Positions 45,505-62,744 of a DNA stretch of 64,000 nt are shown piece after piece; position 1 is the first letter of the stretch; the number at the start of each line of letters is the position of its first letter. The notes under the pieces were generated by a model, which saw only the letters and a program-made list of their open reading frames with translations, searched no databases and was not told the DNA's origin. The position numbers and the translations under genes are program-made. Origin of the DNA: the human T2T-CHM13v2.0 reference genome, Homo sapiens. The stretch lies in assembly GCF_009914755.1 (NCBI RefSeq), contig NC_060937.1; one strand, written 5' to 3'.

Positions 45505-47932
45505 TGATATGGTGTGGCTGTGTTCCGACCCAAATCTCAACTTGAATTGTTTCTCCCAGAATTCCCATGTGTTGTGGGAGGGACCCAGCGGGAGGTAATT
45601 GAATCATGGGGGTCGGTCTTTCCCATGCTATTCTTGTGATAGTGAATACGTCTCGTGAGATCTGATGGGTTTTTCAGGGGTTTCCGCTTTTGTTTCTTCC
45701 TCATTTTCTCTTGCCGCCGCCATGTAAGAAGTGCCTTTCACGTCCCGCCATGATTCTGAGGCCTCCCCACCCGTGTGGAACTGTAAGCCCAAATAAGTCT
45801 CAGGAGGTCTGATGGGTTTATCAGGGGTTTCCACTTTTGTTTCTTCCTCATTTTCTCTTGCCAATGCCATGTAAAAAGTGCCTTTCACCTCCCGCCATGA
45901 TTCTGAGGCCTCCCCAGCCATGTGGAACTGTAAGTCCAATTAAACCTCTTTTTCTTCCCAGTCCCAGGTATGTCTTTATCAGCAGCATGAAAAAGAACTA
46001 ATATAGTAAATTAGTACCAGTAGAGTGGGGCATTGCTGAAAAGATACCCAAAAATGTGGAAGCAGCTTTAGAACTGGGTAACAGGCAGAGGTTGGAACAG
46101 TTTGGAGGGCTTAGAAGAAGACAGGAAAATGTGGGAAAGTTTGGAACTTCCTAGAGACTTGTTGAATAGCTTTGCCCAAAATGCTGATAGTGATATGGAC
46201 AATAAGATCCAGGCTGAGGTGGTCTCAGGTGGAGATGAGGAACTTGTTGGGAACTGGGTGACTCTTGTTATGTTTTAGCAAGGAGACTGGCAACATTTTG
46301 CCCCTGCCCTAGAGATTTGTGGAACTTTGCACTTGAGAGAGATGATTTAAGGTATCTAGCAGAAGAAATTTCTAAGCAGCATAGCATTCAAAAGGTGACT
46401 TGGGTGCTGTTAAAAGCATTCTGTTTTAAAAGGGAAACAGAGCACAAAAGTTTGGAAAATTTGCAGCATGACTAAGTGATAGAAAAGAAAAACCCATTTT
46501 CTAGGGAGAAATTCAAGCCAGCTCCAGAAATTTGTGTAAGTAGCAAGGATCCTAATGTTAAACCCCAAGACCATGGAGAAAATGTCTCTCCAGGCCATGT
46601 CAGAGATCTTCACAGTAGCCCCTCTCATCACAGGCCTGGAGGTCCAGGAGGAAAAAGTGGCTTCGTGGGCTGGGCCCAGGGTCCCTGTGCTGTGTGCAGC
46701 CTAGGGACTTGGTGCCCTGTGTCCCAGCCACTCCAGCCTTGGCTGAAAGGGGCCAACATATAGCTTGGGCTGTGGCTTCAGAGGGTGGAAGCCACAAGCC
46801 TTGGCAGCTTCCATGTGGTGTTGAGCCTGTGGGGGCACAAAGTCAAGAATTCAGGTTTGAGAATCTCTACCTAGATTTCAGAGGATGTATGGAAATGCCT
46901 GGATGCCCAGGCAAAAGTTTGCTGCTGGGATAGAGCCCTCATGGAGAACCTCTGTTAGTGTAGTGCAGAAGGGAAATGTGGGGTTGGAGCCCCCACACAG
47001 AGTCCCTACTGGGGCACTGCCTAGTAGAGCTGTGAGAAGAAGGCCACTGTCCTCCAGACTTCAGAATGGTAGAGCCACTGACAGCTTGCACTGTGCACCT
47101 GGAAAAGCTGCAGACATTCAACACCAGCCTGTGAAAGCAGCTGGGAGGAAGGCTGTATCCTGTAAAGCCACAAGGGCAGAGCTGTCCAAGACCATGGAAA
47201 CCCACCTCTTGCATCAGTGTGACCTGGATGTGAGACCTGGAGTCAAAAGAGATGATTTTGGAGCTTTAAAATTTGACTGTCCCACTAGATTTCAGACTTG
47301 CCTGGGCCCTGTAACCCCTTTGTTTTGGCCAACCTCACCCATTTGGAACAGCTGTATTTACCCAATACCTGTACCCTCATTGTCTCTAGGAAGTAACTAG
47401 CTTGCTTTTGATTGTACAGGCTCATAGGTGGAAGGGACTTGCCTTGTCTCAGATGAGACTTTGGACTGTGGACTTTGGGTTAATACTGAAATGAGTTAAG
47501 ACTTTGGTGGACTGTTCGGAAGGCATGATTGGTTTTGAAATGTGAGGGCATGAGATTTGGAGGGGCCAGGGTTGGAATGATGTGGTTTGGCTGTGTCTCC
47601 ACCAAAACCTCTACTTGAATTGTATCTCCCAGAATTCCCACGTGTTGTGGGAGGGACCCAGGGGGAGGTAATTGAATCATGGGGGCCAGTCTTTCCTGTG
47701 CTAGTCTCATGATAGTGAATAAGTCTCACAAGATCTGATGGGTTTATCAAGGGTTTCTGCTTTTGCTTCGTCCTCATTTTTCTCTTGCCATCGCCATGAA
47801 AGAAGTGCCTTTCACCTCCCACCATGATTCTGAGGCCTCCCCAGCCATGTGGAACTGTAAGTCCTGTTAAACCTCTTTTTCTTCCTAGTCTTGGGTATGC
47901 CTTTATCAGTAGCATGAAAATGGTCTAGTATA
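45505..47932 (+). mobile_element. Full-length THE1A MaLR retrotransposon (5' LTR 45505-46005, internal 46006-47577, 3' LTR 47578-47932)
   Basis: Two THE1A LTRs. Internal region starts GTAAATTAGTACCAGTAGAGTGGGG. Perfect TSD TTCAG at 45500-04 and 47933-37. Confidence 0.95.
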
Positions 47933-49404
47933 TTCAGTTAGAAAGGAGTTAAGATGATGAAATTATATTTCATGCTAGGGCCTTTAATGAGGCAAAGAAG
48001 TAGGAATCTAGGTATCTTGCAGTCTAAGTTGTCATAGAGTTCAAGTCCACTGGGGTTTTACCTGAGGACTCTGCTAAACAGAGTTTACTCTTGTTATCTT
48101 GCAATTATGAGCACCAAAAAGGACGTGTATGTGTTACTGTTAGGACATAAAGCATGTAAAATGGGCTCCTCAGTATCCTTGCTCAGTTCACTGTACTCAG
48201 AATGGCAAGTACTGGCAACCCTTTGTGTCTGTGCTGAGAGTGCAAGTTGATATTCAGGGGCCTCTACTCCTAGGAATTGGCCACGATCTTTTCTCTAGGC
48301 TGCCTGCTGATTCCCTTAGTATGTTCTAATTTGAGTAATAATGAGATTTCTCAGGATCGTTTTGATTTGACTTCTTTCCTCAGTTTTGCTTCTTGGGGAT
48401 GGATAGGGTAGGGTTAGTTCTCAGGCTACATGAGAATCTTCTTTGGTTGCTACATTTTGAAGTTGTGCAAGAGCTGGATGTACGTTTTCCCTTATTTTGG
48501 TTGTTGCTGATAAATTTTTTGACTGCCTTTTCTGGTTGTGGATTTTTTGCTTTGGTTTTATGTTTTTTCCCTGTTTAATTACTCATTCATCAAAAGTCTT
48601 TATAAACATATTAATTAGATGTTTCCCTAGTAAAGTTGATACATAATGAAAGTTTGTATATGCGTATATTAAAAACATAATGGCTGTACAGTACCATGAA
48701 ATTTCAGTGACCATTTTTGTGCCTGTGTTTACATTGTTGTTAGTGCAAAGTGGCCACCCAAAATATTTAACTTTGTTAATAAACATATCTAGCTGCTCTT
48801 TGCAACACAGACACCTGCCATAGTACTCATTAAATTTTCTACTAGTTATAAAGACTTAGTTAGCTATGATAGTTCACAATTAAAAGACACTCTCATATAA
48901 TTAGATGTAGTTTCTTAACAAATTGAGAGTTTAACAAGTTGAATTAAAAATTCATGAAGAAAAGAGTGCAGTGTAGTGGTATATACTTTTACAGTTACAG
49001 GGTAATGAGAATGGACTTAATACTTAAATAATACATGACAGAAATTATGGTGTGCCTACTGAAGTTTGATTATCTTGAAAGTTCAACAGAGCCTTGACAT
49101 TTTTACTAGTTTCTACTTATGTGAATAAGCATTTATTTTGATATTATTTTAAGCAAAATGCAAAAGCAGATTAAATACGAAACTGGCCTGAGCTACATTT
49201 TTCCAATGCTTAAAAAAAATGCCCTGCCTTAATTAGGTTGAAGGCTAGGCTGATGTAAGAGAAGCCTGGAGAACATAGGTTTTTTTTGGTTTTTCTTTTT
49301 TTTTGGTCACAAAACAACCCAAAATAGTTAGACAGTTCTGCTTTGTGCTGTCATTTAAGGACCCAGGTTCCTTTCATCTTATTGCTTTGATGTCCCCTCA
49401 CCCC

Positions 49405-49578
49405 TTGCTACTCCAAGTGTGGTCCACAGGCCAGCAGCATTGATATCACCTGGTAGCTTGTTAGAAGTGTAGAATCTCAAACCTCACCAGCATCTTAATT
49501 TTAGTAAGATTCTTATTAAAGAATCTTATTGCACATTAAAGTGATTCTTTTGCACATTAAGGTTTGAGGAGCAGCACT
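49405..49578. mobile_element. MER5A
   Basis: AAGTGTGGTCCACAGGCCAGCAGCAT..CACCTGG.AGCTTGTTAGAA..TTTGAG. Confidence 0.75.
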
Positions 49579-51044
49579 TTAGGGTATTGTCATTGTCTTC
49601 ATGGTCATAGCAGAGTAGCTGACAAATTTGGGTTTCCCTAGCTGGAATGGGAAGAACAGCAGAGAGCCATAGAGTCAGTTCCCTGAGGAAGAGAGACATC
49701 GTATCCTTGGTTTCTAAGAACTTTAATCTGACATCTACCTGAAAGGGATTCTGAGAACTGTGGCCTAGCTCAGTGACTCTCAAACAAACAACTAGTTAAA
49801 TCTTATAAACTGTAAAACCTTGTGGTAGTGTGAGATTGCTCCAAAAGTTTCTGTACATATCCAATCATGTGACAGTAACAGAGTTTGTGGATTGGCATTA
49901 ATCCATGAACCACACTTGAAGTAGGTCATATTTGACATATTTGAATTTTTCATTCAGTGATATTGTTCAGCTTACGGTAAATTTGAGTGAATTGGTGTGA
50001 GTAAATGAGGCTCTATTTTTTTGGCCTTTGATACTTTTTGATTTAGTTTACTTAATATTCTTCTACTTTTTAAAAAATAGTGATATCACTTATTTTTAGT
50101 GATAATCTTACGTTTGTAAGGACTTTTCAGCTTGAAAAGCCCTTTTCCCTACATTATATGGCATTCTATAATAGTAGGTAGTATGGACTGTATTTGCTTA
50201 TAAAAAGGGATTACAAGCCTTGTTGGTTTAATCATGCTGATAACTAGTATGACACATCAAGAAATGGATGCTTTTTTAATGAAATGATGCCTTCTTTTTA
50301 TGTATTTTGTAACTTTCTTATACTTTTAGTTATTAATTAGTATTTGTTTTGAATTGGTGTTATGAAACTTATCTGGGCCATTATATTGGCCAACTGCTTG
50401 ATTTTTTTTGTTATTATTCTTGCCTTGACATGTTTTCATGGAAAATAAAATTGAATTGGACTGTTAGTGGTCTTTTAAAATGGTTTACCTTATCGCAGTA
50501 GCTTTCATTTCATGTGTAAATTAAATTGCTTATCATTATTCTTAAACATTTGCTTAAAGTAATGCTTTAAGCAAAAGTATATGTAAAATATGATTATAGA
50601 TCTCTACATATCTAAGATGCGTACTTTAAAAGTTGAAATACAGGCTCATGTTTGACTGAATGTTTTTGTTATTTTCAACTTGCTTTTTGCTGTTACGGCC
50701 TGCCTGGTATTCCCTGCAGTATCCCTGTACTCCCAATTTTTTTTTTTTTTGCCTAAGTACCCAATATATATGAACTAATAGGTCAACAGGAAGTTAGCAT
50801 GTGAAAATGCTGCCAAGGAATGGGCCCAAAAGCTTGAATCACTTTGTGTTTGAAACTGAGATGTGTAAATTAAATGATTTTGAATAAACATTTATATTAG
50901 AATTAGTTAATTATAATTAATTAGAATTTCATCACAAAACTGAATTATTGTGAGAGATTACTGAGGAAAAAAATAGTTACAAAAACACTGCCATGTACCT
51001 TTTATATTCAGTTAGATATATATCTGCTTGAGAAGCTGTATGGC

Positions 51045-51300
51045 TGGTGTTTACGAGCATGGGCTCTTGAAGACCAATTCTCCTGAGCTGAGATCAGTCC
51101 TGGTTCTGCCACAGATTAGCTATAACCTTGGGCACATTTCTTAACTGCTCATGTCTCAGTTTGCTTATCTATAAAATGGTGTCAATATTATACCTACTTC
51201 ATAGTATTGTTAGGAGGATTAATAAGTTAATACACACAAAGTGCTTAGAATACTGCTTGGCATATGCTGAATGCCCAGTAAATACTTAATGTTCTTGCTG
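51045..51300 (+). mobile_element. MIR
   Basis: CTCAGTTTGCTTATCTATAAAATGG..TACCTACTTCATAG..GAGGATTAA..AAAGTGCTTAGAA. Confidence 0.8.
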
Positions 51301-51953
51301 TTGTATGTCAAGACTGGACTCACTTAAATTAGTGTTGTCAGTTAAATACATTCATGTTACTTGCACACATGAATTTCTGATCTTGTGTCACCTTTGGAAA
51401 AAGTTGATGCCCTTTACTCTATTTTAGATTACCTTATATAGCCTGTGAGAGTGTTACTTCAATAAAGATAAAATCTTTATATCTTATGGATTTTTAATCT
51501 CAAATATATATATCATACCATTAGCATTTTATAATCTTATAAATATTAGTGTCTCAAATTAAAGATAAAAGGTACAGGTAGAATATTTCACATAATATTA
51601 CATTATTTCACTTGTACAGGAAGAATAGAAATTTGAGAGAGGAAACTGTCAATATTCAGTCTCTTAATATGGACATGAACTTAAGTCTCAGCTGAAGGGA
51701 GGTATTTTCATATTCTTGTTGAAATGTTGCATTGTTATTAAGTATTTGCCTTATATTTTTATAAATAAGGATTTCACTTAAAGAATAATGTGTTGCCCTC
51801 CTCAAAAATTAAATGTGTGGAACCAGTTGTGCAATATGTAAATTTGTGAGACAATGTACGTTTTTTTTTAAGTCCAGATACATTTTTTTTGAGAGAAGGA
51901 CATGTCTATTACATCTAGTTTTTGAAGAAAGAAAGATTATATAGCTTTATCCT

Positions 51954-52175
51954 AAGGAGTTGGCAGACTATGACCAGTGGGCCAAATCTGGCCTGCTACC
52001 AGTTTTTGTAAATAACATTTTAGTAGAACACAGCCAGAACCACTCATACACCTACTGTCTGTAGCTGCTTTTGTGCTACAGGAGCAAAGAGTAGTTGTGA
52101 CAGAAATCAAATATTGTAGGAAAGCCTGCAATATTTACTATCTGGTTCTTTACAGGAAAAGTTAGCCAATCTCTG
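51954..52175 (+). mobile_element. MER58A (hAT-Charlie)
   Basis: GGGCCAAATCTGGCCTGC..GTTTTTGTAAATAA..ATATTTACTATCTGG..TTTACAGGAAAAGTT. Confidence 0.85.
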
Positions 52176-54329
52176 CCCTAAGTAATTAGTAAAATAGATA
52201 TATTAATTCTTTATTACTTAGAAAAAACTGAAGTTGGAACAAGTAGTATATGCTATTGGTACCAGAATTTGTCAAAAATAACTTGCCAAGAAAACCACAA
52301 TCCTTGTTCTTATCCTTATTTGTAGTGACTAGTATGAATAGGGCTGCCTCATAAATTAGTAAATCCTAACTATTTGATAGGAATGTGTCAGTACTTGCAG
52401 TGGGGGCTTTTTGTCAAATACAGAGTTATCAGGTGTTTTGAAATGGTCTACTAATTTTAATAGAACTTTCCATTATATCCTAGGGCAGATAGAAATCCTT
52501 CATTGGTTTCAATTGAGCATTCCTATCACACTTGGACAACTTTTGGATTCTGTAGAATACCTAGACAACAGACAGTGGTTTTTTTTTTCTGTTTTTGTTT
52601 TTAAAAAATAAAATCAGTACTGCTTAAACAGAGGGAAAAGGGTGAATATGAGGTTGAAAAACCTGTTAAAACACATCAGTCTTGAGTAAAATATAGGAGG
52701 AGTTTGTTCTTAGATATCAAAATATATTTGGTAGCCAATCATATTTAAATTAAACTGATTGGTCATCAGCATACTGATTATTTTATATAAGAAATTGAAC
52801 TTATGAAAAAAAAATTCATGTGTTGATTTGACCAAGATTGATGTTTTATAACAGTGTTTAGGGAACTAGGCATGAAGGGCCTAATGAGATCCTGTTTTAC
52901 AATATTCATTGCCATTCTCATTCATATTTTTCCTTTTTAGATTTGTGTTCTGAAACTTTGAGAATTACCAATTCCACTCTGTGGACATTCATATCAACCG
53001 GGATCCAGTGCACAATTTTCATTTTTGATGTTATTCTGATTATATTATTATTTTATTATCAGATTATATTATTCTGATTACATTACTATTTCATCAGAAT
53101 CTTTACGCTTCAGCCAACCACTTGGGTGTATCAGGACTATAATTAACATATTGGTAATAAGCAAACATACTCATTTAACAAATGTAAGCAATAATAGGCA
53201 AATGCCATTATTGGGAAAACTAGGCCCTCAATGTTAGCTAACTAAACAGACCAATGCAATCTTTATAACTCATTCACACACTTAAAGAATATGAGAATTT
53301 TGAAGAGTACATTAATTTTTCTGTAAAACATGATTAATATCAAATTGTAAGATGTATGCAAATAAAATTGCTTTCTTTTCTCAAATGGGCAAGCTTTGTA
53401 CAGATGCCTTGATGGATCTTCCGGGAACTACCATGTCCAGAGATTTATTGAGTTTTAAATAAGAGCCATGAAAAGATCAGATTTGCCAAGTTTACAAAGA
53501 TAGTTCTGGCCTTTATTTCAAGGATAGGTGAAGAGATCAAGGCTCAAGCAAAGACAATTTACGGAAAAACATTCTTTAGAGACAAACTTCATCAATATAT
53601 CTTTTTCTTAAGGAAAAGTGAAGAAAGGGAGAACTCTGGTTGGCCGTCAGTGTCCTTGACTTGTCTCCTTCCCCTATTTAAAAATAGAATCAGTTAATAA
53701 TGTTTATTAGTGTTAATGTTGGACATTTTAAAATACCCTTTGCTTAAGAATTAATAACTTTGTTGGATGGCTCAAAAATTGTGTTTTGGAAGTTGATAAG
53801 GTATTGATTTTAGATTTAACATGGTACAATATCAAATCATGGCAAAAATGATCCACTTTATGATTTCACTGACTCTTTTCAATAATTAAGGTTTCTCTAA
53901 GTGTAAAGTGTAAAGATTTTTAGAGGAAGATGTGGAAGTACTCATAATATAGTTCTTAGTCTAAATTTCTAATGAGATTTTTTTTTTAACTAAGGAAGTT
54001 TTAAGAACAGATTTACAAAACAGTGATTATTGAAAGATGGTGATACTTGCTCTTACCTTTCCCATGATCAGTTGAGCTGATATGGTCAACTACTAATTCC
54101 ATTCTTAGTGCTATTTCCAAAGCAGTATGTGAATGAAGCTGTATTTAAAACATTCATTTACCAAGTAGATATTTATTAAGCAAGACTTTTTTCTCCAAAA
54201 TCTGAGTTTCCTTTTTTAAGAAAATATTTTACGAATGCCTTTTCTTGTTGTTGTAATGTTTAGCACATGTATGACTGTGTTCATGTGCACATTTGTTTGC
54301 ATTAGTCTTACTTATAGCTACTGTTTCTT

Positions 54330-56270
<1,941 letters not shown>

Positions 56271-57079
56271 TTGTCTTTTTAAATTGCAGCACAATTAATG
56301 TACATTAAAATGCACAGCTCTTAAGTGTTTAGCATGATAGGTTTTGATAGTTGTGTACGTTTAAGTAACCCCCATTCTAAATGTTATATAGAATGTTTTC
56401 ATCACCCAAGAAAGTTTTCTCCTGCTCTGTTCCTTCTGTGCCCACAGATAGTCTTTTTCTGACATCTGGCATCATGAATTCACTATCTTGTAATTGGATA
56501 TTATAAAAATGGAAACCTTATTTCTTCTGACATCTTAGAAGTATAATGCTTTTGAGATTCATTCATATTCTTGTCTGTATTGGTAGTTCATTTTTTATTG
56601 TTGAGTAGTAGTTCCTGTTTGAGTATACCATAATTTGTTTGGTCATTCTCCTTTTGATAGACAATAACCAGTTTTTGGTTATTATGAATAAGGCTTGGAG
56701 CATTCATTTATAAGTATTTTTTGTGGACATATGTTTTCATTTCTCTTAGAGGATATCTAGGAGTGAAATTGCTGGGCCATAGGGCACATTTTTGTTTAAC
56801 TTTATAGGAAACAGCCAAACGTTTATTTCCAAAGTGGGTGTGACATTTTATACTCCAACCAACAGTGTATGAGAGATCTGGTTTCTCCACTTCCTCACCA
56901 ATATTCTATTTTCAGTCCTTTTGATTTTAGCCGTTCATCTGGTGTGAAATGGTATCTCATTGTGGTTTTAATGTGTATTTTCTTGATGGCTAAAGATGTT
57001 GAGTACTTTTTAATGTGACTATTAGCTCTTCATAAAGTATCTATTTGAGTCTTTTGTCCGTTAAGAATTTGGATTGTTG

Positions 57080-57501
57080 TACCTATCACTGATAGCCTAA
57101 AGAAAATATGGAACATATACACCATGGAATACTATGCAGCCATAAAAAAGAATGAGTTCATGTCCTTTGCAGGGACATGGATGCAGCTGGAAACCATCAT
57201 TCTCAGCAAACTAACATAGGAACAGAAAAACCAAACACCATGTGTTCTCACTCATAGGTGGGAGTTGAACAGTGAGAACACATGGACACAGAGAGGGGAA
57301 CATCACACACTGAGGCCTGTTGTGGGGGCGGGGGGCAAAGGGAGGGAGAACATTAGGACAAATACCTAATGCATGTGGGGCTTAAAACCTAGATGATGGG
57401 TTGATAGATGCAGCAAACCACCATGGCACATGTATACCTATGTAACAAACCTGCACATTCTGCACATGTATCCCAGAACTTAAAGTAAAATAAAAAAAAA
57501 A
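57080..57501 (+). mobile_element. Short 5'-truncated L1PA8-10-like element
   Basis: ORF2 end plus 3' UTR with TACCTAATGCATGTGGGGCTTAAAACCTAGATG, and an A-tail at 57487-57501. Confidence 0.92.
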
Positions 57502-58352
57502 GAATAGATGGATGAAAGCAGAAAGGAAGAAAAGGAATAATCTAAAGTAAATATGGTAAAATGCTAATATTTTAAAAATCTAGGTGGTGTGAGCAGGAAT
57601 TTTTAAAAATTATTTTTAATGTTTTTCCTATAAGTAAAAATATTTCATATTAGAAGACAAAAAGAGATGAAAAGGTATTTTCATCTCTCTTATAATTATT
57701 GTGGTTATGTGTTTTATATGTAATACATCATGTAATGATAGATATACTAGATTATTAATATTACAAATATAGACTTAGAAGATAGATATCATTTACATCA
57801 AGTTAATCAGTGTATAAGAAGTATGATTTTTTCTACTTGTAATTATTTCCATAAAGGTTAATGTTTTTTACCTAACAACAACAACAACAAAAAGAAATTG
57901 GATTGTTGGACTTCTTAATGTTGATTTGTAGGAGTTGATTATATGTTCTAGATATGAGTCTTAAAATACATATGCTATGAATGTTTTTTACAATCTGTGG
58001 CCTTTTTACTTTATTAATGATATTTTTTGATGACTAAATATTTTTAATTTTGGTCAAGATCAATTTTATCAGTTTTTTTTTTCTTTTATAATGAGGGCTT
58101 TTTATGTCCTGTTCAAGAATTGTTGCCTACTTCAAGTTTGTGAAGGTACTTTCTTATGCTTGCTTCCAGAAGCTGTATGATATGGGTTTTATATTTAAGT
58201 ATATGATCAAATTATGTTGGTTTGTGGAGTGGGAAAGAAGCATGGTATTATTTTTATTTTTATACAGATATTCAGGTATTTCAGTGACATTTGTAAAAAA
58301 AAATTTTCTTTATTGGATTGACTTGGCATTTTGATTGAAAATCTGTTGACCA

Positions 58353-58644
58353 GGCTGGGCGTGGTGGCTGATGCCTGTAATCCCAGTGCTTTGGGAGGCC
58401 GAGGCGGGTGGATCATGAGGTCAGGAGATCAAGACCATCCTGGCTAACATGGTGAAACCCCGTCTCTACTAAAAATACAAAAAAAATTAGCCGGGCGTGA
58501 TGGCGGGCGCCTGTAGTCCCAGCTACTCGGGAGGCTGAGGCAGGAAAATGGCATGAACCCAGGAGGCGGAGCTTGCAGTGAGCCGAGATCACGTCACTGT
58601 GCTCCAACCTAGGTGACAGACTGAGACTCCGTCTCAAAAAAAAA
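58353..58644 (+). mobile_element. AluY
   Basis: Y-type GGCATGAACCC..GGAGCTTGCAG. TSD GAAAATCTGTTGACC at 58337-51 and 58645-59. Confidence 0.95.
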
Positions 58645-58829
58645 GAAAATCTGTTGACCGTATTTTGTGGGTCTATATTGTTTTATTATTCTATTTGACT
58701 GTCCTCATGCCAATATCACACTGTCTGGATTAATGAAGCTTTATGATAAGTACTGATAACAATTAGTGTGAGCCCTCATCTTTTCTTTCAGGTTAATTTG
58801 GGAATTCTTGAGCATTTGCGTTTCCATAT

Positions 58830-59193
58830 TGTATTAGTTCATTTTCATACTGCTGTGAAGAAATACCCGAGACTGGGTAATTAATAAAAAAAAAGAGGTT
58901 TAATGGACTCACAGTTCCATATGGCTCAGGAGGCCCCACAATCTTGGCAGAAGACGAAGGAGGAGCAAAGGCACATCCTACATGGTGGCAGGCAGCAGAG
59001 CATGTGCACAGGAACTGCCCTTTATAAAACAATCGGATCTCATGAGGCTTACTTACTATCACGAGAATAGCATAGGAAAAACTTGCCTTCTTGATTCAAT
59101 TACTTCCCACTGGGTCCCTCCTGTGACACATGGGGATTATGGGAGCTACAATTCGAGATGAGATTTGGGTGGGGACACAGCCAAACCATATCA
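58830..59193 (-). mobile_element. THE1B-like solo LTR
   Basis: TGTATTAG...CCAAACCATATCA termini. TSD CATAT / CATAC. Confidence 0.92.
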
Positions 59194-59259
59194 CATACGA
59201 ATTTTAACATCAGTTTGTCTATTTGCTGAAGAAAATCCTACTAGGACTTATGATAACTA

Positions 59260-62012
<2,753 letters not shown>

Positions 62013-62065
62013 AGTGGTTTTTAAAAAACAACTTTATTGAGTTATAAATCACAGAAAAAAATTCA

Positions 62066-62416
<351 letters not shown>

Positions 62417-62744
62417 TCACAGAGATTTGTAATCATCACTACTATCTAATTCAAGAACATTTAACCCGATATGCATTGGCATCATTCCCCTTTCCTCCTA
62501 GACCCTGGCAACTTCTCATCTGCTTTCTGTCTCTATGGATTTTTTTATATGACGTTTCATATAAGTGGAATCATACAGATTGTGGCTTTTAATGTTTGGC
62601 CTCTTTCATTTAGCATAACATTTTTATGGTTCATTCATGTTGCTGCATGTATCATTCCTTCACTTATTTTTATGACAATAATATTACAATGTGTGGAAAT
62701 AACACATTTTGTTTATATTCATTTATCGGATGAACAGTCTTGGT

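Larger units (their letters stand above)
56275..59250 (-). mobile_element. Old L1M (3' end / ORF2), interrupted by an L1PA with transduction, an AluY and a THE1
   Basis: Reverse L1 motifs (GGTATCTCATTGTGGTTTTAAT, ATACTCCAACCAACAGTGTATGAGAG). Homology resumes after each insertion. Confidence 0.8.

Noticed and set aside
46476-47400. 171-aa and neighbouring ORFs
   Set aside because: Broken remnants of the THE1 internal region spread over several frames; no evidence of an intact product
53031-53100. Repeated TTATTCTGATTA..ATCAGA units with small hairpins
   Set aside because: AT-rich low-complexity local duplication; too short and degenerate to imply function
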